This document shows, in pieces, positions 31,491 to 41,577 of a stretch of 64,000 bases of DNA; the first letter of the stretch is position 1, and each line of letters begins with the position of its first letter. The DNA comes from Candidatus Obscuribacteraceae bacterium (lineage in GTDB: Bacteria > Cyanobacteriota > Vampirovibrionia > Obscuribacterales > Obscuribacteraceae), in contig JBGAHS010000003.1 in assembly GCA_044226015.1 (NCBI GenBank), positions 789,364 through 853,363 of the forward strand, in the 5' to 3' direction. A program made the translations under genes and the position numbers. The notes beneath the pieces are model-generated. The model had not been told where the DNA came from and did no database searches. It saw only the letters and a list, made by a program, of their open reading frames with translations.

Positions 31491-34088
31491 TTATGACAGC
31501 AAGTGCGTCAGGTTTGCGCTTTCGCGCGCGACGAAAGCATTTGCAATTTTTAGCGTCTCTAGATTTTGGGCCAGACCCTTTTCATTCCCTTTAATATTGT
31601 TGGCTGCAAAAAATTCGCTAATTTCCTTTTCCATGTCGGGGTCGACCAGACAAGTTATACCTTCGCAAAGCCTGATTACGCCCTGCAGAGGCAACATTTG
31701 AACCAGTTTGTCCCAATTGGTGCTGAGGAAATTCCAGCTGAGTTTTGCGCCTTCTATATTGAAGAAGAAGGCACGAAGCACCTGGGGTATGTCCTGAGTT
31801 TTGATTTCGCCATCCAGGATGGAGAGAAGGGTCTTGCGAATGAGTTGGTGGTCGCGGAATGATGTTAGCGCGAAGAGAAATCTTGATTCTTCTTGCGGAG
31901 TTTTTGCGTTCTTTCTAAGTTGCAAAAACTGCTCGTAACGCTGTTCGTCACCATGGCTTGCTATAAGCTCAACGACTGCTGGAAGTAGGTTTGCTGAAAT
32001 AGCGCTGCTGTCCTTGAGGTATGCAGTCCAAAGTTCATCAACTTTATCGCGTACATGTTTGTCGCCAAAACTTCCAAGAGTGGAGATAATTGATGCACGT
32101 AATTCGCTAACTTGAGCTGGCTCAGAGTCCTTTTCTTGCCAGCCCAGCTCGCTGAGCACCGGCGACAAAAGTGATTGAACCAGGTGGCAGAGCGATGAAA
32201 CTTTGCCTGGCGAGGTCGCTTTGCAGATGCGACGCAAATAACTGAAGGAAGCATTGATAACGGAGAACACATTGCTATCTCGTTCCAAAGGAATTACCTT
32301 TCTAATGCTTGATAGATAATCTTGCAGACTCACAGCACCAGATTGTGTAGCTGCCCAGAGGTCGCTGACCAGATTGAAGCGTTCGGAGCCCGTAAGTGCT
32401 CCTAGGTTATTGAGAAGGGCTTCTCTAAGCTCGTTGCTGTAAGCGATTCTGAGAAAGCCGCGTCCCTCTGAGTTTGCAACAATACTCTCAGCGCTATGTG
32501 CTATGTGGTACGTTTCTTGCTCTTGTATGAGATTGAAATATTTTGAGGTGGTATTGCCAGTAGTGCTACGGAAAGAAAGCGGAACGTGCCAGATTTGTTT
32601 TGCCGCATTGGATTCGTTCAGATATCTAAAGGCAGTTTGGCTTACGACGACGCTTTCGTCACCCGCCTTTTCCACCTTGATTAGCGGAAAACCTTTTTGA
32701 TAAACCCAGGTATCCATCAAACTTGCTACAGGTATTTGTAAGCCGTTTTCTGCAACAGCTTCGTCTAGGGCTTTCCAGAGATCGCTGGTTTCTGTATTAG
32801 CGTAAGCGTGTCTGTTCATATAAATACGACAGCCACGCCGGAAAACGTCTTCTCCGACATAAAGCTCGAGCATCCTCAGAATAGCGCAGCCTTTCTCGTA
32901 AGTAAGAACATCGAACATCGCTCTTGCATCTTCCGGGCTGGCAACGGGAAATTCTATGCTGCGGCTGGCATGCAAACCATCAATTCGCATAGCGCCAGCT
33001 TTCTCAATATTGAAGTCTTCCCAAAATTTCCAATCAGGGGCAAAAGTGTCCACCGCTTTAGCAGCCATAAAAGTGGCAAATGCCTCGTTTAACCAGAGTC
33101 CATTCCACCAGTCCATGGTGACGAAATCTCCGAACCACATGTGCGCATTTTCGTGACTGATTACTTCAGCTACGCGCTTTTTTTCGGCATGTGTTGCGCG
33201 ATTTTCATCGAGTAAGAGAGCGGTCTCTCGGAAAGTTATAGCACCGAAGTTTTCCATTGCTCCGGAAGCGAAATCGGGAATCGCTATGAGGTCTAGCTTA
33301 TTCGACGGATAGTCGATATTGAAGTATTCGGCAAAATAGTCGAGAGAATCTTTGGCCCATTTCAGTGCAAAAGAGCTCATGTGTTGTTTGCCCGGAACAG
33401 ACCAGACTCGAATCTCTGCACCGCTCTTTGAGTTGACTGGTTCAGAACTTTCAAACTTGCCAACTACATACGCAACCAGGTAGCTAGACATCTTAATTGT
33501 TGGCGCGAACTTCACAAGCTTTTTGCCGTCTGAGAGAGCTTTTTCCTCAAGCAATGAGCTGTTGGAAATAGCGCAAAGATTTTCGTCGATGACCAGTGAT
33601 ACTTCAAAAGTTGCTTTGAATTTTGGCTCATCAAAGCAAGGAAAGGCTCGTCTGGCGTCGCTCGGCTCGAATTTGGTTGTAGCTACGAATTGTTCTGTTC
33701 CTTGAGCATCTTTATAGGAACTTCGGTAAAAGCCGCGAAGTTTATTATTGAGTATTCCATCAAAAGTCAGTTCTAGTGCGTATCTTCCAGCTGCGATTTC
33801 TTTACCAGGAAGAACGCTGACTTCCTGCCGCTCGTCGTTATGTTCAACGTAGCAGGCTTGCTCAAAATCTGTGGCACGAAGAACAGCGCGGTGAATTGCA
33901 ATTTCGGCTGCGTGGAGAGTTATTTTTGATATCGGTTCGGCAATATCAATGTCGATGATTTCTTTGCCCGAGAAGCGTGCATTTTGAATGTCAGGAGTGA
34001 CCTCTATCTTGTAGTGGCTCGGACGAACAGTGTCCGCCAGGCGGGTATTTTTGTGGCTTGCTTCAAGTGATTGTTGTATTGAGCACAT
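31491..34088 (-). CDS. M1 family aminopeptidase (PepN/ERAP-like)
   Basis: GAMEN, HENAH-x18-E, YEKG motifs. Confidence 0.93.
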   Translation of the reverse strand: MCSIQQSLEASHKNTRLADTVRPSHYKIEVTPDIQNARFSGKEIIDIDIAEPISKITLHAAEIAIHRAVLRATDFEQACYVEHNDERQEVSVLPGKEIAAGRYALELTFDGILNNKLRGFYRSSYKDAQGTEQFVATTKFEPSDARRAFPCFDEPKFKATFEVSLVIDENLCAISNSSLLEEKALSDGKKLVKFAPTIKMSSYLVAYVVGKFESSEPVNSKSGAEIRVWSVPGKQHMSSFALKWAKDSLDYFAEYFNIDYPSNKLDLIAIPDFASGAMENFGAITFRETALLLDENRATHAEKKRVAEVISHENAHMWFGDFVTMDWWNGLWLNEAFATFMAAKAVDTFAPDWKFWEDFNIEKAGAMRIDGLHASRSIEFPVASPEDARAMFDVLTYEKGCAILRMLELYVGEDVFRRGCRIYMNRHAYANTETSDLWKALDEAVAENGLQIPVASLMDTWVYQKGFPLIKVEKAGDESVVVSQTAFRYLNESNAAKQIWHVPLSFRSTTGNTTSKYFNLIQEQETYHIAHSAESIVANSEGRGFLRIAYSNELREALLNNLGALTGSERFNLVSDLWAATQSGAVSLQDYLSSIRKVIPLERDSNVFSVINASFSYLRRICKATSPGKVSSLCHLVQSLLSPVLSELGWQEKDSEPAQVSELRASIISTLGSFGDKHVRDKVDELWTAYLKDSSAISANLLPAVVELIASHGDEQRYEQFLQLRKNAKTPQEESRFLFALTSFRDHQLIRKTLLSILDGEIKTQDIPQVLRAFFFNIEGAKLSWNFLSTNWDKLVQMLPLQGVIRLCEGITCLVDPDMEKEISEFFAANNIKGNEKGLAQNLETLKIANAFVARESANLTHLLS

Positions 34089-34346
34089 AACTCCTCCATT
34101 GAGGACATCAATTATAAGCTCTTGATCATTGATGGAGACCGAGCTTTCATCAATCTTTCAGGCAAATCATCGCAGCGGAAAAAGTCGCTGCTTGCATGTT
34201 TTGGCCCATGACACGATCTTGCAAAGTTAGATAGAACACTGCTCTTGAGGTTTCCAAGGTGTGCGAGCTGAGCAAATGCCCTTTTCGAAACTAGCCAAGA
34301 TGAGTGAACTTTAGTGCATCTTGTCATGTTATAGAAGGCCTTAAGG

Positions 34347-34641
34347 TTGATCTGAAATGCCCGTCCTTTATAGATTTTAGTCCTGTATTCATCTCTCCCA
34401 GAACTAAATCGGTGCCCAGCAACTAAGAAATCTCAGTTCCAACTATCTGTCTGTCAAAAGACCTGGCTGAGCATCGACTAGAGATGAGTGTAGTGTTCTG
34501 CTGATCTAATGGTTCCAGTTGGAAGCTTCGACTGTGACTGTTGGATTGGTTTGTTTCGGGTGCAGTTTTCTCTGCGCCTGGTTTCTAGCGTCCATCTAAC
34601 CGAGACGGCACTGCTGTGCGTCTCACACAAGGAGAATCAGT
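34347..34641 (+). promoter_or_regulatory. Putative sigma70 promoter plus structured leader
   Basis: TTGATC-18-TAGATT; 13-bp stem 34384-34396/34480-34492; GAGACG/CGTCTC hairpin just before the AAGGAG RBS. Confidence 0.5.
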
Positions 34642-35733
34642 ATGTCCAACAAGATCGTTCACGCTCGCCACCTCGCCGGCGTCCTCCCTCCCTACCTGCT
34701 GCTCGAGCTCGCTCTGCGCAACCCGGAGAACCCGCAGTACGCCGCCACGCTCGCCGAGACGCAGCGCCTCTTCGGTGCTTCGTCCTTCCGTCTGAATCCG
34801 CACAATCGGTTCGTCGGCGCCGGCAAGAGCAGCATCGAGGTCTACGACGCCAAGGCTGGCAGCAGCCGCCCGGGCACCAAGGCTCGCTTCGAAGGTGAGC
34901 CCGCCACCGGCGACACCGACACCGACAATGCCTACGACTTCACGGTCGCCGTCCGCAAGTACTACACGGACATCCACGGTCGCAACGGCATCGACGGCAA
35001 CGGCATGCGCATGGTGAGCACGGTCAACTACGGCCGCGGCTACAACAACGCGTTCTGGGATGGCTCCCAGATGACCTACGGCAAGGGCGACCAGCAGATC
35101 TTCGCGTCGTTCGTCCTGCTCGACGTGTGCGGTCACGAGATCACGCACGGCGTCACGGAGTTCGAAGCGAACCTGCGCTACTACAAGCAGGCCGGCGCCC
35201 TGAACGAGAGCCACTCCGACGTGTTCGGCAAGCTCATCGAGGCCTACATGAAGAACCAGCCGGCTGACCAGATCGACTGGGTGCTCGGCCGCGGCATCTT
35301 CATGCCTGGCATCAAGGGCGAGGGCATCCGCAACATGCTCCACCCCGGCACGGCCTACAACGACTCGCGCCTCGGCAAGGATCCCCAGCCGGATCACATG
35401 TCGAAGTACAACAACACCTCCGGCGACAACGGTGGTGTGCACTACAACTCGGGCATCATCAACCGCGCGTTCGCCAACTGGGTGCTCGCGCTGGGCGGCT
35501 TCGAGTGGAAGAAGGCTGCGAAGATCTGGTACGCGGCTCGTGCTGCGGCTGGTTCGAACCCGTCGTTCGCCAACCACGCCCACCAGACGGTCGAGGCCTG
35601 CAAGGTCATGGGCACCGCCGATGACCTGAAGAAGCTCAAGGATGCCTGGGAGCTGGTCGGCGTCACCCCGAGCGCCCTCACGTCGCACGACAACGACGGC
35701 GAGGACGACAGCGACGGCATCGAGACGGAGTAA
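34642..35733 (+). CDS. M4 metalloprotease, protealysin-like
   Basis: PPYLL propeptide motif, NNAFWDG, HEITH, GALNESHSD, DNGGVHYNSG. Confidence 0.92.
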   Translation: MSNKIVHARHLAGVLPPYLLLELALRNPENPQYAATLAETQRLFGASSFRLNPHNRFVGAGKSSIEVYDAKAGSSRPGTKARFEGEPATGDTDTDNAYDFTVAVRKYYTDIHGRNGIDGNGMRMVSTVNYGRGYNNAFWDGSQMTYGKGDQQIFASFVLLDVCGHEITHGVTEFEANLRYYKQAGALNESHSDVFGKLIEAYMKNQPADQIDWVLGRGIFMPGIKGEGIRNMLHPGTAYNDSRLGKDPQPDHMSKYNNTSGDNGGVHYNSGIINRAFANWVLALGGFEWKKAAKIWYAARAAAGSNPSFANHAHQTVEACKVMGTADDLKKLKDAWELVGVTPSALTSHDNDGEDDSDGIETE

Positions 35734-35754
35734 TCTCGGCTCGATGTGACTAAA

Positions 35755-35797
35755 GAGGAGGGATGGGAGCTTGCTCTCATCCCTCTTCTGTTTTTTT
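35755..35797 (+). terminator. Long terminator hairpin
   Basis: GAGGAGGGATGGGAGC/GCTCTCATCCCTCTTC plus T-tract. Confidence 0.8.
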
Positions 35798-35903
35798 CCG
35801 GTGCGAAAAATGCACCCATACGCAGGCCCGGTTTTCTGGTGGGGACGTAGTACCACCGACTTCGGGCCTTCGTGCTTTGACAAACATTCACGAAGGAGCC
35901 AAC

Positions 35904-37976
35904 ATGAAGAACAATAACGTTCGCTTGCTCTCGAAACATCGCCTGTTGCAGTCCGCGCTTCCCCTGCGGCTGATCAACCACACCGGCGAGGTGAAGGACA
36001 TCCATCGTCTTTTGCATGCTCACGAGGGCGGACAAATCTGCCGCAAGCCGCTTATCGTTTTGCCCGGTACCGGTCGCAAAACGTTCAAGCTGCCCAACGA
36101 GGCGGAACTGATCGCGGTGTGCGTTCAGTACATCAACAAGGTCGCAGCCGAACAGCGCGCCCGCAAGGCTGCTGCTGCCCAGGCCGCGGCTGCCATGGCT
36201 CGCAAGGCGCCCGTCAACGCTGCGCCCGAGGAGAAAGCTCCTGAGCCTTCCGTCAAGGAAATCCTCGACGGCCCGACCATCGAGCAGCTCATCCCCCTGA
36301 TTCAGGAGGCGGGCCCGACGCTGAACAACAATGGCGGAACGCTGTTCCTCGCCGCTGGTGGTCTGTCGGAATCGATGTACGAAGGTCGCTTCGAGGAGCA
36401 CCTGGCGCCCATCTTCGACCCGCCGCAGGGCATCGAGGAGTGGGCCAAGAAGAACATGCCGGCCAAGTTCAAGGACACGGTCGAAAGCCTTCGCTTCCAC
36501 TGGGAGGAGATCTACAAGCTCTTCATCGGTGACCAGAGCAAGAAGCCGAACGTGCAGGGCGCTCTGCCCAGCGTCATGCATGCGGTGAAGGCGAACTTCC
36601 CGGAAGCCGGCGAGGAAGAGGTGATCACCGCGGCTGTCAGCGTCGTCTGCAAGGCGTTGGCGCAGATCATCAGCGTCCTCAGCATGTGGGACAACAGCTT
36701 CGCTCAGCAGCGTGACGGCAAGTACACCGAGCTCATGTACGTCACGTACACGCTCGAGCAGTGCTTCAAGCTGATGACCGCGAATGCAGGCATTCAGACC
36801 ATCGTGATGCATGTGGGCGACGTCTACATGCCTCGCTACTCTGGCTCTGGTCCTGCCACCATCCCCGGTGCTCGTGGTCCTCTCTGCTCGCACCTGATGG
36901 AAGTGCCGTTCAACATGCGGCATCAGCTCATCACCAACATGCCGGTCTTCACCCACGAATTCCGGCACGACGTCTACGCTGACATTCCGAACCTGCCCGT
37001 GCAGATGGCGCAGGCGGTCATCGACAGCATCGAGCGCAGTGCTGGGTCCTACAAGTTCTCGTCTGAGACGATCTCGCTTGGCGGTCAGAAGGTTCCGACC
37101 CTCGAACTGATCAAGCAGATCTACGTTCAGACGCTGAGCGAGACGGACGCCGACATCGCCGGTGGTGTTCTGTTGACCGGTCCGGCCTTCGGCAAGTCGA
37201 TGGTCACGGTGTTCAGCGCGCTCAATACCATGGGCGGCAGCGTTCTCAACGCTGATGCGATGCTGCGCTCTGGCAGCCGCTACGCGATCGACACCGACAA
37301 CGGCGAGCCGCAGCTGGTCTTCGCTGTGCACATGCCGGACTACCCGCGCGCCTACGTGGTTGCTGCGGCTCTCGATGTGCTGGGCTTCAAGAACGAAGCC
37401 AACGAGATTCGCGCGATTGCCGACCAGGCAGCGGGCGACAAGAAGCCGACCAAGGTGGTCTGGACGAACGGCGACCGTGAGGACAAGCGGTTCAAGTTCA
37501 AGATCGAAGTTCCGTTCAACGACCTCATCCAGGTCGCGCCGGCCGTTGTTGATGCCATCATCAACACCAAGCTGGAGTGCCTGGGCAACCGGTCGATGGG
37601 CGAACTGGTCTTCTTCGATCAGCACAAGCAGGACAAGGTCTTGAAGCTCGCCACGGTGCTCGCCGCTGGCAAGTCCGAGATTCCGGCCGAGGCTGGTGAC
37701 GTGTTCGCAACGTATGTTGCTGCCGCTGCCATCACCGCGTACTGGGACCTCTGCAAGTCCGGCATGCGTCCGCGTCGTGCGTTGGCTCAGGTGGAATCCT
37801 GCGCTCGCAAGATGCTCGACGAAGTCCAGAAGCGTGATGCCGCTAACCCGGCGCCTCAGCCTCCGGCTCCTGCCCCGGTCGAGCCTGCCCCTGCTCCGAC
37901 TGCTCCGGAAACCCCGGCGCAGCCTGCTCCTCAGCCTGAGAAGGCTCCGGAGGGCGAGGGCACGGACAACAACTAG
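35904..37976 (+). CDS. Hypothetical HExxH zinc-metallopeptidase-like protein (690 aa)
   Basis: AAGGAG RBS; HEFRH, ETDAD, HMPDYPR; Pro/Ala tail. Confidence 0.75.
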   Translation: MKNNNVRLLSKHRLLQSALPLRLINHTGEVKDIHRLLHAHEGGQICRKPLIVLPGTGRKTFKLPNEAELIAVCVQYINKVAAEQRARKAAAAQAAAAMARKAPVNAAPEEKAPEPSVKEILDGPTIEQLIPLIQEAGPTLNNNGGTLFLAAGGLSESMYEGRFEEHLAPIFDPPQGIEEWAKKNMPAKFKDTVESLRFHWEEIYKLFIGDQSKKPNVQGALPSVMHAVKANFPEAGEEEVITAAVSVVCKALAQIISVLSMWDNSFAQQRDGKYTELMYVTYTLEQCFKLMTANAGIQTIVMHVGDVYMPRYSGSGPATIPGARGPLCSHLMEVPFNMRHQLITNMPVFTHEFRHDVYADIPNLPVQMAQAVIDSIERSAGSYKFSSETISLGGQKVPTLELIKQIYVQTLSETDADIAGGVLLTGPAFGKSMVTVFSALNTMGGSVLNADAMLRSGSRYAIDTDNGEPQLVFAVHMPDYPRAYVVAAALDVLGFKNEANEIRAIADQAAGDKKPTKVVWTNGDREDKRFKFKIEVPFNDLIQVAPAVVDAIINTKLECLGNRSMGELVFFDQHKQDKVLKLATVLAAGKSEIPAEAGDVFATYVAAAAITAYWDLCKSGMRPRRALAQVESCARKMLDEVQKRDAANPAPQPPAPAPVEPAPAPTAPETPAQPAPQPEKAPEGEGTDNN

Positions 37977-37998
37977 CTGATGGCGAAAGCCTGAGGCG

Positions 37999-38035
37999 GG
38001 GGAAGACGGATGAGAAATCATCCGTTTTCCCTTTT
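37999..38035 (+). terminator. Terminator hairpin
   Basis: GGAAGACGGATGA-GAAA-TCATCCGTTTTCC followed by T. Confidence 0.8.
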
Positions 38036-38118
38036 AAGAGTTTTTCTATTCATCCATATAGTGGAACAGGTTCTATATCCCCTATAATTGCTGGGGCTCT
38101 TACTACTTGGGTGGAAGA

Positions 38119-39249
38119 ATGGTGACAGTGCGCAGGTTTCGAAATTTGCATGATCCGCAGTCTGAGAAGGTCTGGAACTCCGAATGTCTAGAAAATCGAG
38201 TAATCATGCGTTCGGGAAAAATGTCTGCTCAGAAGCTAAGCGAGAAAATCTTGGACAATGCTGACGCTGCTCTTGTATATGCCGAAAAGGAGGAGTGGAC
38301 CCGGCTAAAAAAGGGTTATGAGCTATCAATGCCAGGAGCTGAACCTGGTGAGCCTTTAATGCATCTCTATCTTGGGGCTTCTCATAGTGGTTCGATGCTG
38401 ATGGAAGTGCTAGAGAATGGGCAATTGTTGGTCAACCGGTACAATCAAAACAGCCAGCACGATGAATTGATCTTTCTTACAGATGAGGGAAAAGTGGCAG
38501 AGGTGCTGCCTCTTCCGGAAACCAATAGTCTGGTCTGGAACGCCAAATTCAGCCGACCAAGTAGTTTGTTGTTGCTTGTAGATCATCAGGTTTTTAGCTA
38601 TTCAATGCAAGACAAACAATTCCGAAAGTTAGGGAAAAGAAATTCTAACCCTGCCAGTTTTCTTTGCTGTAGCGGCGATGTTCTTGCCTGGTATGAGGAG
38701 CCTGAGATTGTTTTTGTAGATAGAGTTACTGGAGAGATTTCAAGAAAACAAACAGTGAAACCAGAGAAGTTTGGAGGGCATACATTGCAGTTAAAGGCTG
38801 AGCTCTCGCCAGACTCAAAAACTCTTGCTTTGTGCTGCAAGAGTGGAGAAATTATGCTAATTGATGTTGCTAGTGGTGAGATACGCTGTTCACTAAAAGC
38901 AGATTTTCAGATGGTGAGAAAGCTAGTTTTCAGTCCGGATGGCAATTATCTGTTTTTCCAAGAGGCTTATGGTGACTGGGGATTGTATTGCATCGATCTC
39001 CAACAGGGAGAACTAAGCAAAGACTTTCCGCATATTCGCGATACGGCTGGCGGTGATTTCGCTGTTAATACTTGCGGTAAACTGGCAGTTTCATCCAGCA
39101 AGTGGATTGACGTTATTGAGTTACTTAGCATGGAAAAAGTATTGAGATTCCGTGTTGATCATGCTGTTAAGTCTTGCGCAATGAAGTTCTACAGTGGTCA
39201 GCTTTGTGTTCGGACAGACTACGGTTGTTTGAGCCTTTATTCAGTTTAA
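38119..39249 (+). CDS. WGR-like domain plus WD40-like beta-propeller protein
   Basis: N-terminal SEKVW...GK...KKGYE; LSPDSKTLA and FSPDGNYL repeats. Confidence 0.7.
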   Translation: MVTVRRFRNLHDPQSEKVWNSECLENRVIMRSGKMSAQKLSEKILDNADAALVYAEKEEWTRLKKGYELSMPGAEPGEPLMHLYLGASHSGSMLMEVLENGQLLVNRYNQNSQHDELIFLTDEGKVAEVLPLPETNSLVWNAKFSRPSSLLLLVDHQVFSYSMQDKQFRKLGKRNSNPASFLCCSGDVLAWYEEPEIVFVDRVTGEISRKQTVKPEKFGGHTLQLKAELSPDSKTLALCCKSGEIMLIDVASGEIRCSLKADFQMVRKLVFSPDGNYLFFQEAYGDWGLYCIDLQQGELSKDFPHIRDTAGGDFAVNTCGKLAVSSSKWIDVIELLSMEKVLRFRVDHAVKSCAMKFYSGQLCVRTDYGCLSLYSV

Positions 39250-39530
39250 TAAGCTGCGCAGCAAAGCTCTCGCCTTCGCGCTAGCTTCACGAGCCAGCGA
39301 AGAGTTTCATCAAGTCTCGCTTTAACTTAGCGCAAGAATGCTGGTTTTTGACTGATGAGAAAGCATAGAGTCAGTTGTCAACCAACTTTTTTCTTCTTCC
39401 ACCCAGGTTCCAGAAACCAAATCCCAATCCACGCATCTAGAGCTTTTAGCTGTCTTTCAGGACATCGAGCTCAGTCTACCTTGCGTGAATCGGGGTTCCA
39501 CTGCCAGCATCAGCTGGAGAAAGAGGCAAC

Positions 39531-40472
39531 ATGATCCCGTACAATGATGTTCCCCCGTCGGCCAATGAGGCTGCTCTCATCGACCTTCTCGTCCAGCTCA
39601 CCCTGGAGAAGCAGCGCAAGAATCACCAGGCCGGCCAGGTCGCTCGCCGTGATGTTCATTCGAAGTCGCTCGGCGCCGTGAAGGTTCAGGTTCGCGTTCT
39701 CGACAATCTGGCGCCGTCGTTGCAGGTTGGACTCTTCGCCACGCCGGCGACCTACGATGGCGTGATCCGCTTTTCGAACGGAGCGATGGGCCCCACCGGC
39801 TACGACATCATCCCCAACGTCCGCGGCATGGCTCTGAAGCTCTACGGAGTTCCCGGCGCCAAGCAGCTTCCCGGCGAGGAAGCTTCCACCGAGATGGACC
39901 TTTTGATGGCCAACGACCCCGGCTTCTTCATTCCCGTGATCGAGCAGTATGTGCTCGTGACGCAGGGCAAGATGAAGGAACTGGCGCTGAAGCACCCGCG
40001 GACCGTCGGTCTGCTGCTCGGAGCGCTGAAGGTCATCAAGAACCCGCTGACGACGAGCTATTTCTCGCAGTTGCCGTATCGCTTCGGCGCTTATGCCTGC
40101 AAGTTCTCGCTCGTTCCGACTGCGACGACGCCGCTTCTTAGCTTCCCGAACGTGTTTGATCGTGATTATCTGCGGCATGCCGTGGAGCAGACGGTCAACA
40201 ACGGCGGCAGCAAGTTCGTTCTCGGCGTTCAGTTCCAGCGCGAGGGCGAAAGCGTTGAGGATTCGACGCATCGCTGGACGGGCAAGTTCTATCGTCTGGC
40301 CGAAGTGACGGTTCTGCCGCACGCTGGTTCGATCGAGGAATCGCTCGGCGAGGGTCTGTCCTTCAACCCGTGGCGCACTCTGGCTGCTCACGAGCCCCTC
40401 GGCTGGGCGAGCCGCGTCCGCAAGGCTGTCTACGACGCCGACTTCAAGTGGCGCCGAGACCAGAACAAGTAA
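39531..40472 (+). CDS. Catalase-related heme protein (short catalase-like)
   Basis: RRDVHSK distal His, RFSN, RGMALK, FNPW, RVRKAVY proximal Tyr. Confidence 0.85.
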   Translation: MIPYNDVPPSANEAALIDLLVQLTLEKQRKNHQAGQVARRDVHSKSLGAVKVQVRVLDNLAPSLQVGLFATPATYDGVIRFSNGAMGPTGYDIIPNVRGMALKLYGVPGAKQLPGEEASTEMDLLMANDPGFFIPVIEQYVLVTQGKMKELALKHPRTVGLLLGALKVIKNPLTTSYFSQLPYRFGAYACKFSLVPTATTPLLSFPNVFDRDYLRHAVEQTVNNGGSKFVLGVQFQREGESVEDSTHRWTGKFYRLAEVTVLPHAGSIEESLGEGLSFNPWRTLAAHEPLGWASRVRKAVYDADFKWRRDQNK

Positions 40473-40487
40473 TCGCACCTACAGACT

Positions 40488-40528
40488 GGGGGAACGGCGC
40501 GCAAGCGCCGTTTCTCCCTTTCTTTTTC
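40488..40528 (+). terminator. Terminator hairpin
   Basis: GGAACGGCGC-GCAA-GCGCCGTTTC plus T-tract. Confidence 0.85.
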
Positions 40529-40989
40529 GCTTTTGTTGTTACGACTATGGGTAGTAGAGCATTTCTATACTGTGTGTTTGGTAAGTGGTTTCCGCTCTGG
40601 GCCAGACTTTCGGAGGACTTATCAAGATGAAAATACCTATCCAGATTGATGGTGAAGGTCGCGTGATCAACCTTTAGATTGAGTTCGTTAGCACAACGAT
40701 TTTGCTGAGTCATGGCCAGGCGGGGTTTTGCTGAGATCTAAGTCCGGGCAAAAACAATTCCTTTATCTACGAAGGTCATTTCGCTGCGTTTCGTTTCGCT
40801 AAGTCATTCTAAAGGTCTATTGAATGCCGAAGCGCCAAATTACTAGGTTTAGGGCGTCTCTTTTTTCCATCTCAGTAGCGCAGGTAGATCTCTCGAAACC
40901 ACCAAGTCCCAACTCAAATTCAGCAAAATATTCGCCTGATCTATGCGCCGCTTTGAGCTGGTTTCAACCACGAACGAAAGGAAACTGCC

Positions 40990-41553
40990 ATGACCACGAC
41001 GAACTTCGTTATGAGCGAGCAACAGCTTCGCGATATGGCCCTCAACGCCATGCTTCTTGCCCTGGATGCCCAGTCTGCTGCTCTCCACTCGATGGATCGC
41101 GAGCACAGCCTCGGCGTCGAGAATGGTTATTCCATCGACAATCTGCGCCAGCGCTCCAAGGACCTGATTCAGGCTGCTCAGACCGTCGTCAAGACTGCTG
41201 ATTCCATGTCGCTGGATGACCTTCGCGAGAAGATCATGTCTCTGGCGGTGACGTCGTCTCGTCTGAAGACTTCAGCTGACGCCTTCAAAGTCAGCAGCCA
41301 GGGACGGGCGAAGAACCGCTACGAGCACCTGGAACTTTTGCTCGGCGACAACAAGAACAAGGACGGCGTCGTCGGCTCTGCGCCTGCGCGCGACCCGCGG
41401 CAGCTCACTGTCGAAGCCGGCCGAGCCTGCCTGCGAGCTGAGGTCGACGAATATGACGCCTTCGCTCTCCAGATCCACGCGGTCTGCAATCTGGCGCTGG
41501 AATACGCGCTCAACGCGGCCGCCAAAGCCGCACGCAGCTTCTCCAACATCTGA
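40990..41553 (+). CDS. Hypothetical helical protein
   Basis: AAGGA RBS; biased codon usage like neighbouring units. Confidence 0.75.
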   Translation: MTTTNFVMSEQQLRDMALNAMLLALDAQSAALHSMDREHSLGVENGYSIDNLRQRSKDLIQAAQTVVKTADSMSLDDLREKIMSLAVTSSRLKTSADAFKVSSQGRAKNRYEHLELLLGDNKNKDGVVGSAPARDPRQLTVEAGRACLRAEVDEYDAFALQIHAVCNLALEYALNAAAKAARSFSNI

Positions 41554-41577
41554 CAATCTGAACAAGGAGCTTGAATC

